This document shows, in pieces, positions 22,898-36,900 of a DNA stretch of 64,000 bases (position 1 is its first letter; every line of letters begins with the position of its first letter). The stretch lies in assembly GCF_003704095.1 (NCBI RefSeq), contig NW_020847369.1:124001-188000 (forward strand). The letters run 5' to 3'. The notes under the pieces are model-generated. The model did not search any database and had not been told where the DNA came from. It saw nothing but the letters and a program-made list of their open reading frames with translations. The stretch is from Pocillopora damicornis (Eukaryota). The translations under genes were made by a program, and so were the position numbers.

Positions 22898-25800
22898 TTA
22901 AAAGAGAACTATTTCGCTTTTGCTTTGCCCTAGTCCTGTCTCTACTAACATGTCCGATTGTAGAAGAATTCTTATGACAGCCACAGCGCGCCGCCATGCT
23001 TCTTTCTTGGCTGTGTAATCATCAAATACACTGCTTTTGACCTTGTAAGTCACTTGCCTCGAGTCAAAGGGATCTCGGACATTTTCGGCGGGGAATCCCG
23101 TGGGATCGCATGAAGGAACGCGATCTTTCGCGTGGCCACCTTTGATTCCTCTAGCTCTCCGAGGTTCCCCTCGATGATCATCGGAATGATCGTCTTTAGA
23201 TTTCTCAAGAACATCTAGTGTCAAACCTTCGTTGACTAACTGTTCAACATAGACAGACGTACCGCTGAGCGAAGTAAAGTCTCCAGAGTTGAGAAGAACG
23301 CTGCACAAAAAGTATTTGAGTCCTTGGGCAAATGCCGTGTAAACCAAAGGCCTGAATACCTCTAAACTTTCCTGTAACCATCCAGGGAGAGGACTGGAAG
23401 AGAACGCCGGTGCAGCATGTTTGTCTGTTAAAAAAGATATCAAAAATAGAAGAAAGTACTCTGCAAGTACATCCTAAGCTTTATCATATGACTCGAGCGA
23501 TCCCGCCTACGCAATCTTATACAAAAAGAAATTATAGTGAAAGCTGATGTGTGTAAGGTCGGACGGGCTGACGTGAGCTGGTCCAGGAAAAAGCCGTCTG
23601 GCCCCACACTCGTGCCGACCTTACCAGTTTACATTATTTATCTACAGTGTCAAGTGCTCGGAACAGTTTTCCACTTTCACTTTCTCTTGCAAGAATCGGC
23701 AAATGCTCACAAACCACTGGGCAGCCGTTCGTTATGGTTTACATACCTGCTAATTCAGTCAGCCGTCGGATGCAGGCAGCTTCAATTTCACCCGCTCCAG
23801 GTAAAACTCGACCGCAGGAGAGGGTATTTTTCAACCGATAGATCGAATTCCAGAACCTCTCCTCCATATCACAGAGGACATCTTTACAAGGGCTACAGAG
23901 AAGTACTGTCTGTAAAGGACTGTTAAAATCTGAGGGCAACAGATACCGGAAAGAAAAAAATTCAGTAAAAGAAACTGATGTAAGGAAAGTACTAGACTAC
24001 GAGCAGTTCCTCTTTTCGGCAGAGTCCGTTGCGCGACTCAAAACAAATGAGCGGAAAAAAAAGTTGACGCTAGTGTATCGCTCGGAATTATTGTGACGCA
24101 TGAAAAGTAGGGACTGCGAAGGGACTTCACACAGTGATCCGATGGAAAAGCAAATCCTTACTGCTTACCTTCGCGACCCGAACTCGCCTCCGCCACTTCT
24201 CTAACAAGGACATACTGACAGGTCTTCATCCTTCTGACGTCACCATCCCTGCTGCCTTTTGGCTTGCTGTGTCTAACTAAACATGGCGCCCAGCCGAGTT
24301 CCCACGTTTCTATGGTAACAGGTCCTCCTAGATCCTGTTCCCTCAAGTCAGCGAGATAAGTAATTATCGCAGAGCCGGTTGCAAAGGAAAGGAGTTGAAG
24401 GACTGGATATGAAACGCTTTGAAGCACCGTTATGTTGTGTGATGAACAATAATCTAACACTGAATCATGAACGATTCCTTTGACGACAAGGATACCAATT
24501 TTGTGATTACTGAGGCTTGCTGTAACGCTTCGGTACCAGTCTTTCTCCTGATTGAAAACGGATGATTTGAAATCTTCATTCCTGATAATTCTGAGAATCT
24601 GCAATTCGTTGTTCAGTCCCGCATGGCGAAATTCCGGCGTGACATCTCCATTAATAAGAGCCAGGAGAAGTTTGCAAGCAGGAAGATTCTGACTTGAAGA
24701 AGAAAACTGAAAAGTTGAAGTGTTTTCCAATAGAAGACCATCTATTCTACAAGAAAAAGAGTTTGGCGGACCAAGAACTAACTCCGTGTAAATCATTCCA
24801 AGAGGAATGTCAAGGTCTTTAAACGATGAAGAAGAGATTGGCAAGGAATTTGTTACTTCAACTGCAAGTTTCATTTCGAGATCTTTACCATGAGAGAGGC
24901 AACTTCCAAGTTCAAACAACGACTTCTTCTTTATTTCAACTGAATTGAGTTGAGATGGAGAAGAACTAACCCCGTCTTGAACTGATAACTTTTCCCTATC
25001 ATGTGGTGTTGAATCGACCAAATCCGTTTCTCCTGAATGCCTAGTTTTTGGTATCGACTTGCTAAGAGTTGTGCCAGTAGGCAATTTTTCAGGCTCTCCG
25101 TTGGGTGAGTCTTTGGGTCCGTTCGCGACATCTACTAACTTTGGCGAGGCTTTGTTCCTGGAACTGTTCACAAAATGTCTACTACCCTTGAAAATTTCTG
25201 ACAGTTTAACCCGTCTTTGTACACTTACATTCTTACTTTCCAGTTTCTCCGAGAGGGAAAACAAGAACCTGTCGTCTCCTTTTATGTCTCTACAATCTGA
25301 CGAAGTTAGAGGGAGTGGATTAAAATTAATTTTGTGTAGAGGCTCAAAAGATTTCGCCCCTACATTTTGAAACTTTGTACGCTTCGTGTCTGTATGAGCG
25401 TTAATGAAGTTTTCTCCCAAAAATCCAGAGGATCTCAAGTCTTTATTACGTTCCTTTGACACTGGTGATTTAGTAGCGATATTTCCATTCGCGGTGTATG
25501 AAACAGCCTCTGGTAGAGATGTCTCGAATTCATCTACACATTTGTCTTCTCTTCGCGAGAAAATACTTTTATTCCAAGATTCTGTTGATTCTATAGGCGT
25601 TCTTGAAGCCTTATTTCCAAAACTGGTGTCTCCTTGAATGTTAGGATAAAACTGAGAATTTCCACTTTCACGTTCGTCAAGCAATAATCTTGTTTTTGTT
25701 CCTTGTAAAAAATCTTCTGGCTTCCCCGTGTTCACCCAAGGAGGAGACATATTACTGACGTTCGTTTTTGCATCTAAGATTCCTATTAGTGACTTGCAAC

Positions 25801-28140
25801 TTTCTGATCGTGATGCAATTTTGTTTAAGTTTTCGTTGTAAGTTGTTACATCTCCATTTCGACTGATTTTTAGATCAAGGCAGTTCTTATTTCGGAAAGT
25901 TTTTACCTCTGGCATCTTGGTGGTTGGAGTTTCCATCTTAACTGTCCGTGGGATAGGTTCCTCAGCTGCTGTGATATACCTTGGAATCCTTGGGATATGA
26001 CTACGTGCCCCGGGGATGTCAAAATCTCCCCGTGGTGAACCATCATCAACTCCCCGTTTTTGTCCATCAAAATACCATGATATGTCATCAGCGTCAACAG
26101 CGTCAATAAGATCAGTCTCCTTCAAGATGTCCAATTCAGCAACTGGATGACAAGAAATCCCTTTGGAGATGCTTTTGCTGTTCTCTTTGTCACCATAATC
26201 ATCTTTGGCTGAATGGTTCAAGTCTTGATGACTTTGCAAAGCTTCGGTTATATCAATGGACGTCTGATGACAAACCTCTTCACAGACTTGAAGTGCATCA
26301 TCAAAAAGACGTAAAATGATCGGGATAGGAACACCCTGGAAATTATCATGTACAGTCAATTAAAAAAAAATAAGACAGTAGATTTATGATTAACCCTTGG
26401 ACCCCTGAGAGTGACCAGTATCTAGTTTCTCCTTACAATATCACCCTTATATCACTCATTTAGGTTTCAAGAATATAGGAAATGGTCACCAACTAAAAAA
26501 AGCACCTGATTGTTATACAAATTCTCCTTGTAAGACCTTAGGAAATGTATAGAGAACAGTATGGAGAATATGAATACTGATTTTAGAAACTCAGCTGTGA
26601 AGAGCTGACAAATTTTAGGTCCTTCCAGTATATGCCAAGTGACCTATCAGACTAATGCTTTTGCAGCTTTTATTGGCAAGCAAAGAATCAACCCTTCACA
26701 TTATGACTTTCACATTATCCACATGATAGAGTGACCTGGTGCAACATTATGTTGACCTTTATAAATGACCCACGATGTTCACATCTGGTGTTCTTTCAAC
26801 CTGGTGCATAAAGCCCTACAACTATTTTCACCACAGTCAATACTTTCCAGTCAGATTCTTCCACACAATTCAGACTGGTACACCTCCCGCATAGGTGAAA
26901 AAGCTTTGTAAGTCACCTGATCTAGCAGATCCTCCGCTGCACTGCTCCAGAAACCAGCCATGCATATGAGAGTCTTGCAGTTTGTTCTATATTTTTTGTA
27001 CTGGCCTTGGCAAGCATCATTTAGGATAAAACCAGCTGGATGCTACAGTGGTGATTGAAAATAATTTTTATCACAAGTGTCCTTATATGTTATAACTGAC
27101 ATTACCAAGTTCTTGTCCAGTTACAATTGGACAAAATGTCAGCAGCAAGTTGATAAAATAGGAAATTCAGTAAACAAGTTTGGAAGAAGAGTTAGAATAT
27201 TCTAGTTATGGTCTTCATAAGTTTGAGATTCTAGCAGGACTGGATACAGGGTTTTTATCAGAAAATGTAATAGATGTTTGATCTGAACTAAATAGGGTGA
27301 ATGTAGGTGGCCCCCGTTCATAGGGGGAGTCTGGGGACCTGCTCACCCCCCTCCCCCAAATAAATTTGAATTTTAAACTTCTCTGGGATGTGATTTCCAA
27401 AAGAAGAAACTGAGACATAAAATGTACATAGACATAAAATGCAAGTGTGTTATTTCTCTCACTTGAATGTCAATGAACTGCAACAACTTGGCTGCACTGC
27501 TGCATATGACAGATTCATCATCTGAACTGCAGCACTTTAAGCTACAAAATACAGAAAAAAAGTTGTTCAGCTGGTGGATCAGTTTATCAGCTGTTTTGTT
27601 ATTAGTGCTACATAACACAAGCTTGAACAGCACTTATTACAAAATATATGGGATTCTCTTGCAAAGTTTAGGTCGCCATGGAAATTTTTTATTTGTTAAG
27701 TTTGGAAGTTCTTGAACTTTTTTTTTCTTTTTAAACTCAAAGAAATCACCCATTTCATCATCATGGAAAAGGTTGCAGGTAATATATTAACCTAAATTAT
27801 AAATACGTGGAAAAAACTGTTCCTGTAGCGATAATTCAAAGAATAAGAATACGTTATAGCTATTGTAAATGAAGTAAAATTTTATAGAAAGGAAAATAAA
27901 GTCCAAATCGTCAAAGAATCGTACTCTTACCCGTTGTTAGGTCCCAAAAGTGTTTTGACAGAAGAAGCTGAGGGAAAAAATAAAATAAGAAATTGACAAA
28001 AAGTCTCCCGGTGAAAATAATTTCAAGGATGACTTTTTCTATTTTAAGGATCACTTGTTGGTTTCCTTACCAAGAGCTCTCGCTACACTAAGATTGTTGT
28101 TATTTCGTGCCACCCGGCCAAACTCATGTCCGTCCGCCAT
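22898..28140 (-). CDS. BBS12: Bardet-Biedl syndrome 12 chaperonin-like protein; exons 28140-28071, 27967-27931, 27541-27463, 27042-26917, 26335-24169, 23929-23747, 23424-22898; ~1062 aa
   Basis: KTLLGP; ESVICSSAAKLL...LNDACQGQYKKYRT..KTL..MAGFWSSA...L.QGVPI; EERFWNSIYRL...RVLPGAGEIE; and VFDDYTAKKEAWRRA...LLQSD....TG match recalled BBS12 motifs. Exon lengths sum to 3189 nt, in frame. Confidence 0.88.
26390..26590. mobile_element. TTAA/CCC MITE (subfamily B)
   Basis: ttaacccttggacccctgagagtgaccag...ggagaatatgaatactga; homologous to 10943-11150. Confidence 0.85.
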
Positions 28141-28217
28141 ATTTGTTATGCTTAGCGACCTGGCCAGATCAAGTAATGAAACTCATCAAATGACGACACA
28201 TTCAACATTTTTGCAAG
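28141..28217. promoter_or_regulatory. Very compact bidirectional promoter, BBS12/COQ10
   Basis: Only 77 bp between the divergent ATGs; both start codons lie in YY1-like ATGGC contexts. Confidence 0.75.
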
Positions 28218-31200
28218 ATGGCTGCGGTAGGGATACGAAGGTCCTTGCCGCTTTTTCGACATTGTAGAGGTATTTGGCAAGCCAACAGGTAATTAGAACT
28301 ATTTATTTGAAAATGAAACAAGTTACTTGGTTTTTCCTGGGGTAAAGTGAACAGATCGTATTTTTAATGTAAGCTTATCGACTCTAACTTTTTCTTTATC
28401 TTTAGGTCCTTGAGTTTGTGTTGTTGCCGGCTTTCTCCCGGTATTGAAGTTGTTTCGAGGAAGAAGATGAATAGTTCTCGTGAAGTAAACAAGCACGATT
28501 TAAACGTAATCCCAAGGAGAACGTTAATAGGATCCATTATTCCGAATCCCCTCAATACGTCGCGGAGGAGAAAGTATTCCGAGAGGAGATTGCTTGGGTA
28601 AGTAAATTTAATGGTTCAATAAGTTTATGTTTATACTATATTGTAACCCCCTTGTTTGGTTGGAAATGATCATTAGAATACATTTTCAATCCGCACGAGT
28701 TTTCAAGCCCTTTTGATCTTGACTGCTCCATAACTGGTTAAGTAAAACGTTATTTTAGGAAAACTGTTAAACCTGGAAAATGTACAAATTATTCTGACGT
28801 GCACCTTCGTACAAAGTCCGTCACTCGTTTCTAAGAATTCAATGTATATGACAAAAAAATGAGCGTATATGCTTTACTCTAGTTACTCTGTCTCTAATAG
28901 TTTCATATAATTGTGTTTGATCGTTGAGGGTTTCAAAAGATTTTAACCCTATAATTCGTAGAAGCAATTATCCTGTGACTTCTCCAAGGTATGATATCCA
29001 TACATCGTCCAATAAACAGGTAATGAGAATGCTCAAACTTATAAGGTAGAATTTGTTATCTTGATACGATCTAACATCAAATGCTCCTTACTAATTTAAA
29101 AGGAAATGTGCCGCAGCTAGAGGGGAGAATAAGCAATCAAATCTTGGAAGAACTGTTAATTTTTTTCACAGGAATCTTAGGAGAAATTTATGTTCCTAAG
29201 GCTTTCCAACCTACTTGTTTGGAAGGTTCTTATAAAGACTTTGAACAATGGATTCCAACAATACTCCTTCAACAACCCTTTCAGCAATATTATTTTGATA
29301 ATATTACTGATAAATGCAGAGCACTGAGAGTAGGGTTTTCTTTCTATGATTAAGGATACACAGAAAGAATTAAAAGACTACTCTAATCTCAAGTGATCTC
29401 ATTTTTGTACTGTTATTTATGTGATAACATCGTTCTTCTTATAGTTACTCAATGGAGGATATGTATGCAGTGGTATCAGATGTGGAGGATTATAGACATT
29501 TTGTCCCTTGGTGTAGGGACTCTACAATTGTGGCCAGAAAACCAGGCTTCCTTAAAGCTAAACTAGCTGTTGGTTTCCCACCTGTGGTTGAGAAGTATAC
29601 ATCTGTTGTATCTTTGGCCCCACCAAACCTAGTGAAGGTACTAAATCTGTGTAATTAAGTTTTTTATATAATTATGTATCACACATCTGTACATATGTAG
29701 GTTGGCACACTGAACTGGATAAGATCTCTAGAATATGCCAACAGGCTTGAGAGCTGACTTTTCATGACAAGTTAAGCTTAACCCTTTTACTCCCATGAGT
29801 GACCAAGACAGAATTTCTCCTTACAATATCAACACAATATCAACCAGATAAGTGATGAGAATAAAGAAAAATATCAGTTAGGGGATTATAAGTTGATACA
29901 ATACCAAACTTTCTAAACTAACTTCACAAGAACTGTACAAGGAACAGTATTGAGAATTACTAATGAGATCTTGGGAGATAAAGTGTAAATTTATTTGGGC
30001 AAATGAATATCATTGGTAAGATATGCTTTCTGTGTACATCTTGTCATAAAATTGCTTCTGATTCACAGGCAGAGTGTACGGATGGAGAGATGTTTAATTA
30101 TATGAAGACTATTTGGAAATTTAGTCAAGGTTTACCTGGAAATCCTAATACTTGTACATTGGACTTTTATGTAAGTCGTTATTATTAATAACATTTTGAA
30201 AGTTCTGTCTTAATTTGTGATTTGGAAGATGTGGGCCCAACAGTTAGTGCACTGAACTGTAAATCAAGGGGTCAGGTTGGGTAGGAGATGTGGCTTGATC
30301 ATTGTGCTGCGTTCCTGAACACATTTTTCTCTTGGTACCTCCCTTCACCCTGAGTGAAAAGGGATACTGTCAAACTGTCAAGAAAGTCTGACATAATGTT
30401 GGCGGGTAACCTGCAATGAACTGGCTTCCCATCCAGGAGGGAGTGGCAATACTCCAAGTCACGCTATGCTACAGGAACTGGGATAAGCTACGGCTAGATG
30501 GGCCCCATGGCTCTAGAGCAGATGTTAACCTTTTTCCTAGTAAAATGTTAATTATGCACATGTGGCTCAGCCAAGATAATTGTTCAGTGTTGATATTGTT
30601 GTTGTCTTGTTTGGCCATTTTCTCATTAACTCTTTAAATTTATTTTCTTGTAGGTTGAGTTTGAGTTTCGTTCAATCCTTCATTCTCAGCTTTCAACCAT
30701 GTTCTTTGACGAAGTTGTTAAAAAAATGGTGAAGGCATTTGAAAAGCGATGTTACTATCTCTATGGACCAGGCCACTTGCATAATAACAAATCTAGACCA
30801 GTACCAGCAGGTATGAGTAAAACTTTTACTTTTATGGAGGCTATGCACCTACCATAACAGTAGTGTGTAGTGTAGAAACTTTCTAGGTCTTTTTTATTTC
30901 ATGGATTGACCATTGTTTGGGGTGTCTTTTACATGAACAAATTTGTTGGAGTTGGAGATGTCTAAAATTTTTACTGGGCGTAATATTTGTGATTTTCTGA
31001 CCCATCAGAGGAATATTAACAGGTTTAGACACATCTGTCACAGAGAGGAGAGTTACATCTTAATGATTTGTTAATTAAGATTTTTTAGTGAGTTTGAGTA
31101 TAAAATACCAATTGATTCTTGATTTCCAATTTGATACCAATTGATTCTTGATTCGTATGTTTAATCAGCTTGTCACAGTTAAGCCCCAAAGTTTTACAGC

Positions 31201-31384
31201 TCATCCTTATCACAATAGAGAAAGAAGCTCACCATTCTTTTTTTTTCTTAAGTCAACCACCCTATATTAGTGTGTGACTCTGCAGGCTAGCTTTTCCCTG
31301 AGTTTAGGATTGTCTAAATTTCATTTTTAACTGAATATTACAATCACCTACTAATCGAATTTTTTGCTTTTAGGCGCAAGATAA
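28218..31384 (+). CDS. COQ10: Coenzyme Q-binding protein COQ10 (START-like domain, mitochondrial); exons 28218-28288, 28406-28597, 29445-29637, 30069-30170, 30654-30810, 31374-31384; 241 aa
   Basis: Arg-rich presequence-like N-terminus; [33 protein letters not shown]; [14 protein letters not shown]; TIWKFS; [40 protein letters not shown]. Confidence 0.93.
28943..29159. mobile_element. TTAA/CCC MITE (subfamily C)
   Basis: Reverse-orientation relative of 36458-36669 (...gcagctagaggggagaat...cagatcttgg). Confidence 0.75.
29778..29988. mobile_element. TTAA/CCC MITE (subfamily A)
   Basis: ttaacccttttactcccatgagtgaccaagacagaatttctcc...gagatcttgggagataaag. Confidence 0.88.
30228..30530 (+). mobile_element. 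tRNA-derived SINE, near full length
   Basis: tRNA-like head (gtgggcccaacagttagtgcactgaac...) followed by the core also seen, inverted, at 16410-16680 and 39050-39270. Confidence 0.7.
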
Positions 31385-32451
31385 CACAAGGCATATGGGT
31401 CAATTGCTCTATGTGCACTAAGATAGCTCATGTATGTCTTGTATGGTATCAACAAATATTATTATTTACAAATACTATTTTCACTTTGGGATATAAAGCG
31501 AACATATTAATTTTTTGGATTTCTAGGACCACAGGATCTTATAGAGTAAATTTTGCTGACAATACAATATTAAGTTGATGCAATTTTATTATGTGAAATA
31601 TAGATTTAAGAATTTCATCTTTTCTATCAGTGCTTATCAACCTGTTGTGTCATTTTAACTGTCATTTTACTCTCAGGCTAAGCTGCAGTGTAGGATTTTA
31701 CTAGTAATTTAGAATCACCATAGCAACTGTTAGTTATCAATAAGTGACAGTCTTTTTGGGGTTGGCTTTTTTTTAAATCTGAAAGCTCTTTGTTCAAGAC
31801 TCTCAAGAGTCTAGACATGACCCCAATGGGTTAAGTTGAAAAAATAGAAAATATACATGTCTGAACTGATCATCACCATCTTCCTGATTTTTCTAGCACA
31901 TCATCAAACATTTTAATCTGCAAACCTGCTTTTTCTATGGCATCATGCAACATTTCTATGTGAGTGAATGTGCATAGGTTAACAGCTGAACACTGCTGTT
32001 GTTGTCGTTTGTAACGTGAAAAAAGTGGAAGAAAATTATTTTATGAATATTTTCTTTGCTTACTCCCGTGGCTGATAATTAGTGAAATATAAAGGTATTT
32101 GAAGGAGCTGTTTTACATTCTGAAAAGAAAATGTAATTTATTTTGTTGAGTTGTGAGTGGTAAAGACATATATGCATGATAAGGTCTCCTGTTTCTAGTG
32201 TCATTTAAATCATTATTAATACTGATAATAATGATATTTGATAATATTTTAATATTAATACTTATGACTGAATGTTACTCTGCTGGACTTAAGCTATGAA
32301 TTAAGGTTGATATATATGATTTTGAATAGTGATAACATTATTATATTTACAAAGTGAGAAAAAAGGACCTATTTATTATAGCAATGTGTAGTGTCCTGTG
32401 AATAACAAGAATCAGATAATCATTTGTCAATGTTAAGGTATATTACATTAG

Positions 32452-32662
32452 TTAACCCCTTAACTCCTACATCAAAATTGTAATTCTCCTTACTGTCAAC
32501 CATACACATCTTATAAAGTTAGTTCAGAGAATTTAGTATTGGATCCACTAATTATCCTCAAATTTATATTTTTCTTTATTCTCGTCACTTATCTGGTTGA
32601 TATTGTACTGATATTCTGAGGAGAAATTCTGTCTTGATCACTTGTGGGAGTTAAAGGGTTGA
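32452..32662. mobile_element. TTAA/CCC MITE (subfamily A)
   Basis: TIRs ttaaccccttaactcc ... gggagttaaagggttga. Confidence 0.88.
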
Positions 32663-33946
32663 AGAGTTAACATTTTGTGGAATTTAGATTTCAGTGAGGA
32701 TAAACTTGCTCAAAGATTTTCAAAGTAACAATCTTTAGGTAGATAATTAAAGTATCTCACAAGCCATGCACTTTGAATTGCTCTTAGGTAATCTATGTTT
32801 TCAGATGGTGAGCTGATAATTACAGAAAAAAAATTTTGATCAAGTAGTTACTAGATATAATCTTAGGACTATGGAACCCTCTTAATGAATATGAGCAGCA
32901 CAGGGATTATAATTTGTGATGCAGTCAGCCAGGTCCACCTTCACAACTGATCCCTGCAAAGTTTCAAAATGTCAGTTTACTGGGATGTAGCAAGGAAATT
33001 ACAAATGGGGGGGAGGGGGGGGGGGTCACACCTTGTCACACCTAAGGTACCTACCTGACTGTTGTTTCAATATCCTTCCAGCTGTGTGGCATGTTTTTGA
33101 ATGAGCAGTGAGCAATGCATACAGTGTTTACTCTGGTATCTGTAATTTTTCCACATCTGAATTATACCATTTGCTTGTTCATGACAAAAACACATATTAT
33201 CTTACAAAGAGGTCATGGACACACTAGGAGCTTCCTTAAGCTCCACCCCTGTAATTAGCTTGGCAATGCACTGATGGTTTAACAGACGGTGAAAGCAAAT
33301 GATTCAAATGTTTTTTGGATGAAGGATCAGCTGATGCTATACTGATGCTGATCCTTAAAGCTAGTGATTGTGGGCTGGTTCCCATATTTTGTACAAAGAG
33401 CAAAGAAACATTTACTATAATAAATGAATATAGTTGTGTCTGAAAATAAATAATATGCTGCACCTGGAGTTCAATAAAAAGTGTGATTCTTTTCAAAAAT
33501 GCTCCTCTGAAGTTGTCACTGATTCCTGTTGTTATACAAAGATATAAGAGAAAAGAAAAAATTGAGTATTTTCATTGTTGGGTTCAAACCTCAAATAGTT
33601 GGATATTCCACCTGGAGCCATGTCACTCATATCCACAGACCAAACCTTATTAGCCCCAGGTTGTATCTTATCTTTTATGTGCAACAGTGGGATCAGGAGA
33701 GACTGGCACCACCACAGCGAAGGGGATAATGGAGAGAAAGAGAGAAAGAGATGATCATCTTCATCTTGATTCAGTCCCCTTCAAGGGCGGAGATCTGGGC
33801 ACTGCAGTTAGTTCTGGTTAGCTCGAAAGGCAGGGTTACAAAGTTTGGAAGAAAAACAAGATGGCGGACGAAAACACGACAGTTGCGATTACTTAGCTGT
33901 AAAACTCACCGATATATAGCCATGATGCTTACAAGGACTTGAGAAA

Positions 33947-36900
33947 ATGGCAGGTATTACTGGAAGAAATGATATATTATTATTATTCGATGAATTTGGG
34001 GTTCTCAATCATTTGCCATGTCTGTCCACAGAAGAAAATTTGTTGAAACCATGCAAAAATGTTCGCATTTGTAGGGAAATGCCAAGAAATATCTGTTTCC
34101 TTGATTGCGAGACGAAATTTAGCGAATAGAAAAGATAGATCTGCAGATGACACGTAAGTAGATACATATATACATACATACATATATTTAGTTTATAAAT
34201 TAAAGCAGGTCAATAAAGTAGCCAATTAAACAGCTGATGTGGACCTACTATCCCTAAGGATAATAGCGATAAAACCGATAAAAATCAAAACACGATTATG
34301 TAATTTGCGCTTAAGTTATATTTAAATTTGATAGTACCTAGAATCCCTGACAGAACATCTTAGCTTTTTGTGACCTGCAAAGTTCTACTGTTGGCAGGCT
34401 GGGTCAAACAATCTCACTGGTTTGATGTACACTATTTATTTTTCCAACTCATTAGCAACTCTGATCTTACAATCAATAACCCAGAATCACCCATCATATT
34501 TCCCTCCTTCCATCACAAACCTATCAAAAAGCTGATTGTAAAGCTTCAGTCACAACAGTGGTAGATGATGAGACATTAAATGTTGAATTGTGTTTTACAT
34601 CACAGAGCTGCTGAATTACTGAAGTTAACTCATGTCCGCCTGGACCGTGAAAAGATAAGTGAAATTGACAACTTGGATTGCCTTGGGCCAGTCACAAATT
34701 TATATTTACAGAAAGTAAGTTAATGTTTATTACATGAGGTTTTGTGCAGTGTTGTGGCCTGGCCTAGTTAGCCTAGTCTACTGTAGCTAGTCTAGTTTAG
34801 CCTTGTCTAACCCAGCCTAGTCTAGGGTAGTCTGTTCTGACTTAGTATAACCCAGCCTAGTCTAATCTAACCTGGCCTATTCTAGTCTTAATAAGATGAA
34901 TTAACTATCATAAACTCCATATAGTTTTAATTAATTATCTTTGTTATCATTTTTTCTTTATTAAAGAATGAAATTACAGGAATAGAAAACCTTGAAGTTC
35001 TTCCTAAATTGAGGTGGGTATGTAATTATAACAAGATAATATGGTTACTTGAGTTTGTCAGAAATTGACAAATTTATATTTGGTATGTTAGTCTAGTAAG
35101 TAAAAAAATAGAAACTTTTCTTTTTATGTTTCTACACTGTTGATAGATTTAAACTGTAACTAAGGATATCTTCTTACCCCCAATACATAGATTCTTGACA
35201 TTGGCTGAAAACAAGATAAGTAAGCTGGAAAATCTGAAAATGCTCACTAATTTAAAGTTCTTGGATCTCTCAGACAATAGCATTGAGAATTTTGACACAG
35301 GTTTGAATTAAGTTGCAATTCTTTTTTTTGAGACAATATTGAATTTTGAATTTTTACTCAAAAGTAATGTAACAAATTTTCAAAAATATATTGATTTTAA
35401 TAATTTTGTTAACCTCTTTACAGAAGAGTTACCATCAAGTTTAGTGATATTACTTTTGAAAGGAAATCCCTGCACTGAAAATGCAGAATACAAGTGAGTT
35501 ATCTCTAAGGTCATCTTCTGATTTCTACTTATGTTGTCCAATAAAATGCAAAGTGTTGAAATTTATGATACTATTTCAATAAGGCATGTTTACAAAATGT
35601 GATTGATTTTTGTCTTGGAATTTGTTTTGCACCACTTTGCAATTTAGGAAGAAATTACTTGCGGCCCTTCCTTCACTGAAGCAGCTTGATGGCAATGAGG
35701 TAACAAGACAGGACAGAGTGGAAGCTGGATGTGACGTGTAAGTACCAATACTCTTTGTCTTGTATTGAGTCCACTTCCAGTGAAAAGTGGCAAAGCCTGA
35801 ATTAATATCTCTGACAATATATATGTTACATGCTATGTGATATGTTGCTGTGACAATAAGCTACTATATCAGGGCTCCAAGCTGAGCTTTTATTCAAAGT
35901 TGCCATTTTGTGACCAAACATTATAAAGTGCTTGGCAGAATTAAAATTCTGGTTGCAAAAAAGACACTCTGTGCACCATTGCATAATATTTGAAACCCTT
36001 GACCACACTGCTTGTCTTTGGAGCAAGCAGCATTCTGGCGATTCAGCATCATGTCAAGGCTTAATACGTAGGCATTCAAGGAGAAGAGGATAATTTTTAA
36101 ACAGGACAACCACAAAGCACCAGTAGTATTTTATGAAAACGTTATCTCACTTCAACTTCAGACCATAAAAACTAAGTTGTAAAACATTACAATTGGTGGT
36201 GCAGTGTAAATTGTTGTAAAATTGATACTTAATAGGGAAAGTGAGTCTGACGAAGATAGTGATGAACAAGAAGAATATGGAGGATCAGACCTTGACAGAG
36301 GAAAAGAAAAAAAAGGTGGTTAGAGTCAGTGTGATCTGCAGGCCTTAGGGATACTTTGTAAATCCAATAAAAATCATCACAAATGCCTACCTGTACAGTA
36401 TCAAATGGCAGAGAAAATGTAACCTTTCAAACTTGGATTCATTAAATTTCACTTTAATTAACCCTTTAACTCCCAAGATCTGATTGTTAATTCTCCTCTC
36501 TAGCTGCTACACATTTCTTTGTAAATAAGTTATGAGAATTTGGTGCTCAATCAAGATAGCAACTTCTCCCTGATAAGTTTGAATATTCTCATCACCTGTT
36601 TGCTGAATAATGTATGGATATTATAGGGAGAAATTTCATGTTAATCACTTCTGGGAATCAAAGGGTTAAGAATTTCTTGAATTTGCCAAAGATTAATCTG
36701 AAAATCTCAACTTGCTGTATTTCTAACTGGTAGCCAGAACATTGACATTATCTTTGGTAATCATAGTTGAATTTTTTAATTTTTACTTTAGGTTCTCTCC
36801 ATCAGCACTGTAATGATATACTGGTACGAGCCAAAATAAGAACAGTGAAGGTACATCTTGCTACATAATCACACTCGGATGTAATATTTTCTTTTCAAAG

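Noticed and set aside
31897-31959. 63-nt AG...GT-flanked candidate exon between COQ10 and LRRC46
   Set aside because: No recognisable homology and not needed by either gene model.
28218-34714. Possible sharing of COQ10 first exons by LRRC46 (phase-compatible)
   Set aside because: LRRC46 has its own in-phase first exons (33947-33953 and 34075-34153) encoding the family N-terminal motif.
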